Source: Raja brachyura (lineage: Eukaryota). Taken from it: DNA of 64,000 nt. The notes beneath the pieces are model-generated. The model saw nothing but the letters and a program-made list of their open reading frames with translations. It had not been told where the DNA came from and made no database searches. Of this stretch, positions 10,761 to 22,963 are shown in pieces (within the stretch, counting starts at the first letter, position 1; every line of letters begins with the position of its first letter). Location: NCBI GenBank assembly GCA_963514005.1, contig OY740808.1, positions 12,772,001-12,836,000 of the forward strand, written 5' to 3'. Position numbers and translations under genes: made by a program.

Positions 10761-13008
10761 GAGCAACCACAGTTCTGGATAAAAGTCTTGTGAATAGATG
10801 AGATGAAGATTAACTTATATCAGTGTGATGGCGAGAGCAAAGTATGGAGTAGAGAAGCAACTGCCCAAAATCCAAAGCATACCACCTCACCTGTGAAACA
10901 CGGTGGTGGGGGTGTTATGGCCTGGGCATGTATGGCTGCTGAAGGTACTGGCTCACTTATCTTCATTGATAATGCAACTGCTGATGGTAGTAGCATAATG
11001 AATTCTGAAGTGTATAGACACATTCTATCAGCTCAAGTTCAAACAAATGCGTCAAAACTCATTGGCCAGCAGTCCATTATACAGCAAGACAATGATCCCA
11101 AACATACTGCGAAAGCAACAAATTAGTTTTTCAAAGCTAAAAAATGGTCAATTCTTGAGTGGCAAAGTCAATCACCCGATCTGAACCCAATTGAACATGC
11201 CTTTTATATGCTGAAGAGAAAACTGAAGGGGACTAGCCCCCAAAACAAAAATAAGCTAAAGATGGCTGCAGTACAGGCCTGGCAGAGCATTACCAGAGAA
11301 GACACCCAGCAACTGGTGATGTCCATGAATCACAGACGTCAAGCTGTCATTGCATGCAAAGGATATGCAACAAAATAGTAAACATGACTACTTTCATTTA
11401 CATTACATTGCTATGTCCAAACATGATGGTACCCTGAAATGAGGGGGCGATGTATTAACAACAGCATGGATTTGAAAATTGAGCTAAATCTGGCGACACT
11501 ATATGCTGTCTCAGTGTACCTCCACTATACAATTTTACTGCATCTGAGATGTTTATCTAAGATGTATTTAAGCGCTTATGTATAGTGATACTTGTACTGA
11601 ACTGTAAACAAAAATGAGTTACACTGTACCCTGGTAGATGAGAATAACGCACCATTGAACCATTCATAAAAATTCTACGTATTTCTTTAGACATAAAAAG
11701 ATGGTCAGACCACATCTCTGGAGAAAATGAATAGGTGACGTATCGGGTCTGAAGAAGCTTCGTCAGCTATTCCTTTAATCCAGAGATGCTGTCTGACCCG
11801 AATTAATTACTCCAACTTTTTAATGTCAATCTTCGATTTAAACCGGCACCTGCAGTTCCTTCCTACGCACTACGTGTTTCTTTAATCTGCAATTGGGCAG
11901 TGCATTTCAATTGGGCTGCAGAAGATTCTCCGAGAGTTTCGGAGAAAGAGAGGAGAACTAATTGGAAATTAAATGCTTATTGTGAGAGGGATGAACAAGA
12001 GCACCGTGCATCTGTTGGATCTACAGTTGGGACTTAATATCATGCTGGATCGGGCTATGTAGGGGTGAGATAAAGTGGAATGTCGACGAGGAGAATGTTG
12101 TAATTCATTGGAATCCTCTTTGTTGGGTGGGTTTGAATGTCCCGCCATTGTAACAATTCATATCTGATCGTCTGATACTGATGGATAGTTGGACACCAGA
12201 GGAAAAGATGGAAATGCCAAGACAAGGAAGATTCGATCTTTGCTGTTTGCTCCCTCAGATAAAAAATACAACCCACAGCGGCGATTGTGATGGAACACTG
12301 CATGATAACGACAGCTTAAACGTAATTGGAATACAAATCTCGTCATCAGTTAATGTCAATGTTTTCAGTGATAAAGGATGGAGGTGCGGTGCATAGTGTG
12401 GATAGTGTGAAGCAGAGGTGGGAACAAACTGTCAGTTTTACATAAACGTGCTGATATGTTGGGAATGAATGTCGTTTCCGGTAAATTTCCAGGTATGCAC
12501 ATATCTTGCCTTTACTTACAGTATGTTACGAACGCCTTACGAACGAAAACATATCTAACAAATCCTTTAAACCATGAAGGTGTGGGGTTGCTGGGACATT
12601 TTTGACCAAGAGAACAACCTGAAACATCAAATAAATGTCTTACTTCAGGCCGTCTCGCCGAGAAATATCTGCCAATTTTGTGGATTCTTATTGGAGTTGA
12701 GATCACGTTTGTCATGATTGGTTTAGAACGCATTGTACAACTTCACGAGTGGCACAAACTCACTACTGTTCTACGATTGTAATTTGAGATCGAGATTAAG
12801 GGGAAAATAAGTAAGCGTTTCTTGCTCAAATGTACAAGACAACACAATCCATATTAAGTCGTCATGTTTGGGGTCACAAATAAATCAAGGAGAATCAGCG
12901 ATGCATTTGACAATTGTTTTAAAACTTTACTCAACGTCTGCAAATAATAACTTGGGTACAATAGCAACATACATTCTTTTAGTTAACGCAATTGACTGGA
13001 CGTGATGC

Positions 13009-13014
13009 TTTATT
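13009..13014 (-). terminator. Polyadenylation signal AATAAA of cluster 1
   Basis: About 180 nt after the stop codon; same position in all three clusters. Confidence 0.7.
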
Positions 13015-13192
13015 CAAGAACGATATTCTTTCGAAAGAACTACATTTAAAGCGAACAAGTCATAAAAATCAAGGTTTCAACAATAAATGGCGTTTCTTTA
13101 TGAAAATTCCGAAAGACAAAGACTAACTTTGTTACATGGAAGAACCCAATGGTGATTAACTAACTTTGGAGAGTCCGCTCACGCTGCAAACA

Positions 13193-13515
13193 TCAGATAC
13201 AACTGGATCTCATGATATTTGTCTTCAGCGGGTTTGACTGAGTCTCGTGTTTAACCACACAGGAGTAAAGCTCGTGTAAGTTCCACTCTGAGGCTGTCAG
13301 AGTCAGGTAACTGCTGAGACTGAACGTGTTGTCCTTGTCCTGCTGGGTCGGGCTGGTCTCAACGCCGCTATTTTTTGCACCGCCGTCGACGCTCCACTCA
13401 ACGGCCACCGAGCCCGGATTAAAGCCGTTCACCAAACAAACCAGGGTGGCGGTGCCCTTTGAGCTAACTTCATCGGCTGAAGGCGGAAGGACCGTCACGA
13501 TCGGTGCCCGAGGAT
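13193..13515 (-). CDS. IgL cluster 1 constant exon (lambda/type II-like C1 domain)
   Basis: VTVLPPS..ATLVCLVNGFNPG..EW..SLSSYLTL..W..YSCVVKH..RSSCI*, with a penultimate Cys for the H-L bond; CAG acceptor at 13518-13516. Confidence 0.95.
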
Positions 13516-15247
13516 CTGTTTAATAAGAAGTCACATTTAATTAGAGAAATGCTGCCGTTGAGATATGATTATTTTCCGAAAATACATCTCATGAAAGCTT
13601 TTATTCATTTGTAGAAATAAGTCGTTTTATTCTCGACCTATTTCAAACCATTATAATGTGAGTTTTTTTTCAATTGGGTGAACAATAAATAAAGTACGTG
13701 AAAGCAACTAGTATGGATCCTGTCTACCCGATGCATAAACTCCGGGAAAGCTCATATGATAGATCATGGCGGCTCTATTTTATAAAACTGAATACATTAT
13801 TATAACTTGTATAATGTTCATTTTACTACACAGCTCGGGCTTTACATTTATATAAATATATCAGCAGCTATAAACGATTCGCTAACGCGAAATTTATAAT
13901 AACAGATTTCAACGTATTTAATTGTCGGCACCCATTGAGATGGAGGATGACGCTATTTAGTTTCGGCAAAATTATATAAAAACTAGTCTTCGAAAGCCAC
14001 GGTTGCCGATTGGCAGATGTCGTTTACAAGCAAGGATGGAATTGTAGTTCGAATGTTCATTTATATTTGAAATGCACTGCTGCTTCCACGAAAGGCTGCT
14101 CTACTCATTAAACAAAATATCTGAAGGAAATGTGCGAATCTTTCTTTTCGCATTTCGCATTTTGATATCCTTGTTTAAACCCGTCAACCGAAATTTTGAC
14201 AGTGTTGAATATTAACGTTGCTGACCCCCCGTTACCCAAGCAATTTCCTTTCATATCTGGACAATCACTGCGAATTTTTCCGCAATATATTGGACGATCC
14301 TATTCCATGCAACTTCATTTCTACATCAACCCTCATCCAATTGACGATTTCAAAATCCGAGAGAAATTACACCATTCGCATTGGGAAGTACACGATCATT
14401 ATTGGACGGGAAAAACTAGAAAATTGAAGATTTGCATCACTTTTTCGAGTACATTAAATTCATGGTGCGGCCCTAAGTAATTCTGTGAACTGTAAAAACA
14501 TATGTTGTTTAGAATCGCAGCTGTGCGATTTCTAATCTAATATTGACGCTCTGAGGGTTAGTCTTGCTCGAGCCAATGGTTGTTTTGAAATGCTTTGAGG
14601 GCGGAATATGACTCTGATCTGTGCAAACAATTAAGCACATTTTTTTCATCGTATTATATACATTATTTTCAAGCAATATCTGCATTAAGATAAAAAGAAA
14701 ATAGCGCGCTGTCCGAAGGATATATTTTACTTACCGCCAATACCCAGCCTCGTTCCTTTACCGAAATATAAACCACTATCCCATTTGGCACAGTAATAGT
14801 CAGCAGCATCCACCGATTGAACGCTAGATATTGCGAATGTTACAGAGCTGCCAGACACCGAGATGGAAAAACGGTCCGGAATGTCCGTGCCTTTATAAAT
14901 GGTGCTGCCGGAATAATAGCCGAATAGATACTTGGGAGTTTTGCCAGGAATCTGTTGGTACCACGAGACATAGTTAGCGCCTGAACTGGAGCCCGATATG
15001 GTACAGGATATTTGTATTTTCTGTCCCGTAGAGGTGGACATCGAAGGCGGCTGACTCACTGTAACTGCCGCGCTTAAGTCTGAAATACCAGGGAAAAAAA
15101 GAAAATTGTTCAGTTTGTTGAAGTGTGGGAGATAACCCCAAATTAATGGTGAACAGAAATAAGTATAATGTCCAGGAAAGTAAAATACTCACAAACTGCG
15201 CAAAAAACCAACGCACCGACCACACGGATCCAATAAGGCATTTTCAT
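13193..15247 (-). CDS. IGL: Ig light chain gene, cluster 1 (leader + germline-joined VJ + lambda-type C); exons 15247-15193, 15079-14735, 13515-13193
   Basis: Spliced ORF MKMPYWIRVVGALVFCAV/YLSAAVTVSQPPS...YYCAKWDSGLYFGKGTRLGIG/DPRAPIVTVLPPS...RSSCI*. Both introns are phase 1 with GTGAGT or GTAAGT donors and CAG acceptors; no stops or frameshifts. Confidence 0.95.
14735..15079 (-). CDS. IgL cluster 1 germline-joined VJ exon
   Basis: V-set motifs ISC, WYQQ and DAADYYC run in frame into the J motif FGKGTRL; GTAAGT donor at 14734; no RSS between V and J. Confidence 0.95.
15193..15247 (-). CDS. IgL cluster 1 leader (signal peptide) exon
   Basis: ATG at 15247, 55 nt encoding MKMPYWIRVVGALVFCAV, followed by a GTGAGT donor. 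Confidence 0.88.
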
Positions 15248-15480
15248 TAACCGACTGAACTCCGATGGGGCGGCAGTTTCCAGGGCGAGTGGCGTGTAAT
15301 CTTGCTCTCTGGCTCTCTTTATAAATGGAATGACGAGATGTCACCGTGTGTTTATCTCTCCAAACCAATCAAACCGGTATGCTCGTCGAAGCCAATCAGA
15401 AATTGCCAGATTCTTCCTCAAAATATTCGCCACTGTGAAACATGCAGGTCTTATTTTAGAGATTTGTATTTCTAAAAAGC
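15248..15480 (-). promoter_or_regulatory. IgL cluster 1 promoter
   Basis: On the sense strand: TATAAA (15323-15318), CRE-like GGTGACATCT (15345-15336), two inverted CCAAT boxes (ATTGG at 15369-15365 and 15396-15392). Only a 7/8 octamer variant (ATTTGTAT, + strand 15462-15469). Confidence 0.65.
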
Positions 15481-16344
15481 TTCATGCGTTCTCATACATA
15501 CATACATCATAATAACAAGGATTGCCACAGTTGCCACTTCTTTACTAACAAACAATCTATAATTGTCAATATGACCCCTCCGCATATATATACTAAACAA
15601 ATTGTCTGCGAGTATTGAATATTATATTCGGTAACTGTTTAATCACCAAGTAAAACGGAATATAAATGTTTTATCTAAAGGGTCCAACTGAATCCGTATC
15701 GCTGAATCTAACATGATGACAGTCACCTCATCAACACTGTTTTATTCAAAAGCACATTAAATCTAAATATTTTTGTAATTTTATAAATCGTAAATCCCAC
15801 TGGCTGCCCTTCTACTTGTGTATCAGATAATTTAGAAAGAACCCGAGGGGACAGAACATCACCACAAAAGTCAGTAAAGTTGTAGCTTTGGAGCCAATTT
15901 TAACTACCCGATGTGTGTTGTGCTTGGAAAAGCGGTCTGTGATACTCTCATATTGTAATGCGCAGTAATTCGCAAAACTTGCCACGAACCAAAGTGGAAA
16001 GGTTACCTGTACCAAATTAATGCACATATGAGTGAAGTAAATGGGGTCATATTGGCTCTCACCGAACACTTCCAGAGTTCTTTCGACTTTGTACTACGAC
16101 AGGACGACAGGAATTTTACACACAGCACATCCATATTCAATTAAAGTTGAATAGAGTACGGGCACACCAGCTATCTGGCAAAACTGAAAAAGGAGAAACG
16201 CGAAGAGCGGTTTTCGGGAAATAGCGGGCGAGAAAAATAATTACCATGAATAATTATCCTTAAATTGTCAATAAACTAGATTAGTTTAGCAGTGCACATG
16301 ACTGGTCAGCCATCCATTAAGTTAACCGTTCATCCTTTCACCAC

Positions 16345-16545
16345 TACGTTTTCCCCATGACCTGCCTGGGATTCCCCAGGTAGCTCCGGTTTCCTCCCAC
16401 ACTACAAAGACAGATTGGTAGGTTCATTGGGTTGCTAATATTATATATTGTCCCTAAAGTGTGTAGAATAATGTTAATGTGCGGGGACTGTTGACCAGTG
16501 GGTAGAAGGGCCCGTTTAGGCGCTATATCTCCAAATTAAACTAAA
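16345..16545 (+). mobile_element. V-SINE (HE1-like) fragment
   Basis: Core ctccggtttcctcccacac..aaagac with a LINE-derived tail ending aaattaaactaaa; paralogues at 31610-31795 and 54583-54785. Confidence 0.7.
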
Positions 16546-16819
16546 GTAATTACAATTTGTACCATCCACAGAATGAGCTGCAATTGCGCGCAAAAGCCAC
16601 TCTGAACGTAGGCATGTGACTACGACTAGCAGGTTTATCTAATGTTTATTAACATAGGTCCCGGCTCTCACCGTTCTCATTCTTCTCTCCCTGCTGCACG
16701 TTTTTAACTTTGCAACGTGCAATACCGTGAGAAAATGAACACGTGAAAAATTCCACTGGCTCATGGCTGTTCATTATTACATCCCCACATGCCGATCCGC
16801 AGATGCTACATGATCCGCC

Positions 16820-18055
16820 ATAGAGTCAATGTGAGTCATATACTCATGGAGTGTGGAAACACGCCCTTCGGCCCAACCTTCCCACATCTGCCAACGTCCC
16901 ATCTACACTAGTCCCACCTGCCCGTAATGGGTCCATATCCCTCCAAAATAGTCATATCCATTTACCTCTCTAACTGTTTTTTAAACATAGAAACATAGAA
17001 ACATAGAAAATAGGTGCAGGAGTAGGCCATTCGGCCCTTCGAGCCTGCACCGCCATTCAATGTGATCATGGCTGATCATCCAACTCAGTATCCCGTACCT
17101 GCCTTCTCTCCACACCCCCTGATCCCTTTAGCCACAAGTGCCACATCTAACGCCCTCTTCAATATAGCCAATGAACTGGCCTCAACTACCTTCTGTGGCA
17201 GAGAATTCCAGAGACTCACCACTCTCTGTGTAAAGAATGTTTTCCTCATTTCGGTCCTAAAGGAATTCCCCCTGGATTAGTCCCTGGCACGTTGGATTAG
17301 TCCCTGGCACAACTCCCTCCTCTGGCTGCTTGTTCCATACACCCACCACCCTCTGTGGGAAAAAAGGTACCTCTCACATTCCTATTACATCTTTGCCCCG
17401 TAACCATAAACCTGGTCCTTGATTCACCTACTCTGGGCAAGGGACTGTACATCTACCCGATCTATTCCTCTCACGACCCTATACACCTCTATAATATTTC
17501 CCCTCATTTCCCTGCGCTCCAAGGAAGAGAGTCCCAGCCTTCTCAAACCCTCCCTATACCTCAGACCCTCTAGTCCTGGCAACATCCTCGTACATTTTCT
17601 CTGTACCTTTTCCAGCTTGTCGAAATCTTTCCTATAAGATGGTGCCCAGACTGAACACAATACTCTAAATGCGGTGTCACCAACGTCTTATACATCTGCA
17701 ACAAGACCTCCCAACCTCTATACTCATTACTCTGGCTGATGAAGGCCAATGTGCCAAAAGCCTTTTGACCACCCGATCTACCGTCGACTGCCTAGGTCCT
17801 GCCTATGTCAGAATTCCCAAAATGCAACACTTCACATTTCTCTGCAATAAGTTCCATCAACCATTCCTCAGCCTACCTGGCCATTTGATCAAGATCCTGC
17901 TGCACTTTTTCACAACCACCTCCACTATCTGCAAACCTCCCAATTTTGTATCATCTGCAAACTTGCTAATCTTACCAAGTATGATCCCATTCAAATAATT
18001 TATATAGATGACAAACATTAACGGGCCATGCACCGAAACCTGAGGCACACCCAGT
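16820..18055 (-). mobile_element. CR1 LINE fragment with a nested younger CR1 3' end (16983-17272)
   Basis: [26 protein letters not shown]; (AAACATAG)3 at ~16983. Confidence 0.85.
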
Positions 18056-18213
18056 GTTACTCCAGCACTTTGTGTTTTATTATGATTCTAGCATCCGCAG
18101 TTCCTTGTGTGTCTGTGTTCCCACTTTTGGATGGGCAATAAAACCTGCTTTCCCAAAGACGCGATCATCCTACAAATGAATAACGTTGAAGAATTGGATG
18201 TGGCCAAGTCAGA

Positions 18214-19315
18214 TAGAAACATAGAAAATAGGTGCAGAGGAGGCCATTTGGCCCTTCGAGCCTGCACCGCTATTCATTGTGATGATGGCTGATCATCCAC
18301 AATCAGTAACCCGTGCCTGCCTTCTCCCCATATCCCTTGATTCCGCTAGCCGAGAAGCTCTATCTAACTTTTAAATTCATCCCTTGAATTGGCCTTTACG
18401 GCCTTCAGTGGCACAGTATTCCACAAATTCACAACTCTCTCGGTGAGAGATTTTTCTCCACTCAGATTTAAGTGCCCCCCCCCCCATTATTCTTCGACTG
18501 TGGCCCCTGGTATTGGGCTCCCCCATCAATGGGACCATTTGTCCTGCGACCAGCCTGTCCAGTTCTTTAATAATTTTATATATTTCTATAAGATATCCCC
18601 TCATCCTTCTAAATTCCAGTGAATATAAGACCAATCTTTCCAATCTTTCCTCATATGACAGTCCAGCCATCCCAGGGATTAACCTCTTGAACCTATGGTG
18701 CACTGCCTTACTAGCAAGGATGTCCTTCCTCAAATTAGGAGACCAAAACTGCACACAATACTCGAGATGTGGTCTCACCAGGGCCATGTACAACTGCAGA
18801 TGGACCTCTTCACTCCTCTACTCACATCCTCTCATTATGAAGGCCAACATGCCATTAGCTTTCTGCACTGCCTGCTGTACCTACATGTTTTCTTTCAGTG
18901 ACTGGTGTACAAGGACACACAGGTCTCGCTGCACTTCCCTTTTTCCTAATCTGACACCATTGAGATATTAATCTGCCTCCTTGTACTTGCCACCAATGTG
19001 GATAAGCTCACAATTATCTACATTATACTGCATCTGCCATGTATCTGTCCACTCACTCAACCTGTCCAAGTCACCCTGCAACCTCCGAGCATCCTCTTCG
19101 ACTTCAAAATGCCACCCAACTTTGTGTCACCTGCAAATTTGCTAGTGTTACTTTTAATCCCATCATCTAATTCATTAATATATATTGTAAATGGTTCCGG
19201 TCCCAGCACTGAGACTTGCGGCACTCCACTTGCCATTGCCTACCATTCCGACAGGGACCCGTTTATTCCTACTCTTTGTTTCCTGTTTCCCAATCACTTC
19301 TCCATCCATGTCAAT
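18214..19315 (-). mobile_element. CR1 LINE fragment
   Basis: YMALVRPHLEYCVQFWSPNLRKD..RRMRGYLIEIYKI. Confidence 0.9.
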
Positions 19316-20364
19316 AACATGTCAAAGATCGAGCAAAGTACATTGATGAATGATTGTTTAATGTTTAACAGTCAAGAAAGTGGACATGGTGACTAATATA
19401 ACAGTGCTGACCCCACTGCACTTCCAGATGTCTATTGGGATATCTCGCTTTCATTCTTAGAGATATACGAGACTAGCTCGGCCCTTGATTTAGTAAATAG
19501 CTCACTGTTTCTTGAGTACAAAGAAGAAAACTAGTTTTCAAACAAAGCTTACTTTTGTTTCGAGATCAGATTTATTGATTGTATAAATGAATGTTTCGAT
19601 CCAGCTCACAGAACTCACCTTCATAAGAGAGAGAGAGAAAGACTGCACATTAGATCATGACCCCGAAAGGTGCCGGGACTTTTGAGTTCTCCAGACCTGC
19701 TATAGCAACCAGGAACCTGGAAGGGCAGAAATTCATGTGACATTATTAACCACCTTCTGTATCAGTTCAGGCTTAATAGGCGGAAAGGCGTGAGATTTAC
19801 TGCTTCATGAATATTTTCCCGTATTTTCTATAATAAAGATCGTGTTGGAACCAAAATAAGCTAACTCCATTCAATCTTATTACAGTTCCCCACTCAATAC
19901 CAAATTCTCAAGACTTCTCTGATATTGCTTTAAAAAGATCAATATGGCTGTGATGATATCCTTGCCATATGTCGCAATGGCTTCTGCTCCGACAACATTC
20001 AAGAAGTCCGACATTTTACAGGATTAAGTTTTTATTTTAATGACATAATCCCATCCTTTGTCTCTCTTTGCCACAAGTGCAACAAGCCCACAGTCTGTGC
20101 CGTCTACAGAATGCATTCTAATCAGTTCCCTTATGTATAACCTCAACAAAATGGTCACCAAGGCATTCAAGAACCAGACCCATAATTCATAAATTCATAA
20201 AATCATTGTTCTGGGAGCAGAATTAGGCCATTCGGCCCATCAAGGCTACTCCGCCATTCAATCATGGCCGATCTATCTTAACCTCTCAACCCCATTCTCC
20301 TCTTAAATCCGTACCCCTGTACCAATCAAGGATCTGTCAATCTCCACTTTAAAATTATTAGATT

Positions 20365-21670
20365 ATTAAAAATGTAATTGACGCGTATTTAGAAAGCAAT
20401 GAAGGGATCGGACAAAGTCAGCAGGGATTTATGAAGGGGAAATCATGCTTGACTATTCTTCTGGAATTTTTTGAGGAAGTAACTAGTAGAATGGAAAAGG
20501 GAGAGCCAGATGATGTGTTACATCTGGACGTTCAAAAAGCCTTTGACAAGGCCCCACCCAATATTAGTGTGCAAAATTAGATCACATGGGATTGGGAGTA
20601 GGGTATTGACATGGATAAGGAACTGGTTTGCAGGCAGGAAGTAAAGAGAAGGAATTAATGGGTCCTTTTCAGAATGGCAGACAATGACTAGTGGGGTGCC
20701 GCAAGGCTCAGTGCTGTAACCCCAGTTATTTACAAAATATATTAACAATCTAGATGAGGGAATTAAAAGTAACATCTCCAAGTTTGCGGATGACACAAAG
20801 CTGGGTGGCTGTGTGAGCTGCGAGGAGGGTGGTATGGGGCTGTAGGTTGACTTGGATAGATTGGGTGAGTGGGCAGATGCATGGCAGATGCAGTATAATG
20901 TGGATACATGTGAGGTTATCCACTTTGGTGGATTATAATCTGAATTGTGTCAGATTATGAAAAGGTAAGGTGCAACGAGGCCTGGATGTCCTTGTACATC
21001 AGTCACTGAATGTAAGCATGCAGGAACAGCAGGCAGTGAATGAATGAAATGGCATGTTAGCCTTCATAGCGAGAGGATTTGAGCATAGGAGCAAGGAGGT
21101 CCTACCACCAGGGCCCTGATGAGACCACTCCTGAACTATTGTGTGCAGCTTTGGTCCCCTAATTTGTGGAAGGACATTCGTCCTATTGAGGGAGTGCAGC
21201 GTAAGTTCACCAGGTTCATTCCCGGTATGGTGGGAATGACATATGATGAAAGAATGGGACGACTGGGCATGAATTCACTGAAATTAGAAGGATGAGAAGG
21301 GATCCTATAGAAACATATACAATTCTGAAGGAATTGGACAGGCTAGATGCAGAATGTTTTTTCCTGATGTTCGGGGTGAACAGAACCAGGCGGATTAAGA
21401 ATAAGGGGTAGGCCATTTAGGACTGATATGATGAGAAACGTTTTCACAAAGTGAGTTGTGAATATGTGGAATTCTCTGCCACAGAAGGCAGTGGAGGCCA
21501 AGAGAGCTTTCAAGAGAGTTTGATATAGCTATTAGGGCTAACGGAATCAAGGAATATGGGGGGAAATGCAGGATCGGAGTACTGATTATGGATGATTAGG
21601 CGTGATCATATTGGATGGCGGTGCAAGCTCCAATCCCCTTCTACTGCACCTATTTTCTATGTTTCTATGT
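20365..21670 (+). mobile_element. CR1 LINE fragment (paralogue of 940-1930)
   Basis: [17 protein letters not shown]; tail at ~21655. Confidence 0.9.
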
Positions 21671-22034
21671 TTCTCTGTAAAAATATCCATACCTCTCCAT
21701 GGCAATTGATTCCAAAGATTCATCACCCCCTGGCTAAAAAAAATCTTCCTCATCCCCTTTCTAAAGATACGTCCTTCAAAGCTGAGTCTATGGCCACTGG
21801 CCCCAGATTCTCCCACAAGTGGAAACATCCTCTCCATGTTTACTCTATATAAGCCTTTCACGATTCGGTAAGTTCCAATGAGGTGCCCCTTCATCATTCT
21901 AAATTCCTGCGAACACAAGCCCTGTCCCGTCATCACATATTAACCCATTTATTCCTGGAATCATTCTCATAAACCTCCTCTTCTCCAAAATAAATACATG
22001 GATATGGAGGAATTTAGCTAAACAACTTTAAACG

Positions 22035-22873
22035 GACAGTAGATACAAACATGCTGGAATAACTCAGCGAGTCAGGCTGCATCTCTGGCGAAACTTAATA
22101 GGTGATGTTTCGGATCGGAAGCCTTCTTCGGACTGAAAGAGGTGGAAACTGTAAATGACAAGGCCAGAACAATTCAGGGCTAGCAACAGATGGCTTCAGG
22201 AAGGGTGGAGCCCGCACGAGACAAATTGTTGTCTGGGGAAAGGGTGATAACGAAAAGGATTATCCTTCAAGGATACAAGGATGGGGAGGAGGGGGGGGGT
22301 GTGCACGAAATTAACATAAATTAGATAAATCAATAGTCATACCATTGGGTTGAACGTTGCCCAAGCGACATATGAGGTGCTGTTCTTTCAATTTGCGTGT
22401 GGCCTCACTCTGATGACAACAGGACAGAATGGTCAGTACTTGAAGATAGATGAAAGAAAACCGGAGTAACTCAGCAGGACAGGGAGCATCTCTGGATAGA
22501 AGGAATGGGTAACGTTTTGTGTCGAGACCATTCTTCAATGGGAGGGAAAATGTTTCGGCAACCAGAAGATACAGTAGGCCATGGCGGACTGAGCGTAAGT
22601 GTTCAGCGAAACGACCACCAAGTCTATAGTTCCTCTTGCCCAATAGCCCACACTGAACAACAGATGAGGTGGAGAAGGTGCAAGTAAAACTCTTCCTCAC
22701 CTGAAACGACTGTTGGGGTCCCTAGATATAGTTGAGGTGGGGAGGTATAAGGACAGGATTGCTTCTTCTACGGTTGCAAGGGAAAGTCCTTGGGGAGAGG
22801 GTGGTTTGGGTGGGAACTGATGAATGAACCAGAGAGTTTCAGAGGGAATGGTCACTGCGGAACACAGAAATGT

Positions 22874-22904
<31 letters not shown>

Positions 22905-22960
22905 GGAGTGGAATGGGAAGTTGTGACTAGTTTGGAGGAGAAGAACATTTTGGAAGATAA
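22035..22960 (-). mobile_element. Penelope-like element remnant (GIY-YIG C-terminus and 3' region)
   Basis: FTCTFS..RLGGRFAEHLRSVR..SEATRKLKEQHLICRLGNVQPNGMTID. Confidence 0.8.
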
Positions 22961-22963
22961 TAA

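Larger units (their letters stand above)
8390..11460 (+). mobile_element. Tc1/mariner DNA transposon (DD34E-type, IR/DR ends), defective and interrupted by two retroelements
   Basis: TA|CAGTGCCCTCCATAATGTTTGGGAC left end with an inner direct repeat at ~8581; HTH region 10225-10450; VKHGGGGVMAW, QQDNDPKH and SPDLNPIEH motifs; right end truncated. Confidence 0.9.
1..19450. repeat. Tandem segmental duplication unit 1 (contains IgL cluster 1)
   Basis: The sequence at position 1 (gagatatacaagacaagctcggcccttgatt) recurs at ~19455 and ~34270; unique blocks and TE remnants recur in the same order. Unit boundaries are arbitrary in a tandem array. Confidence 0.85.

Noticed and set aside
13193-13515. 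TCR or heavy-chain identity
   Set aside because: Single C domain with an in-exon stop and penultimate Cys, no transmembrane or secretory exon, and an FGxG J motif.
14788-14830. Cryptic heptamer CACAGTA at the YYC codons as a functional RSS
   Set aside because: Dictated by the Tyr-Cys codons; no nonamer at 12 or 23 bp spacing.
13193-15247. Joined VJ genes as processed retrogenes
   Set aside because: Leader and J-C introns, promoter and genomic flanks are retained; no polyA tail or TSD.
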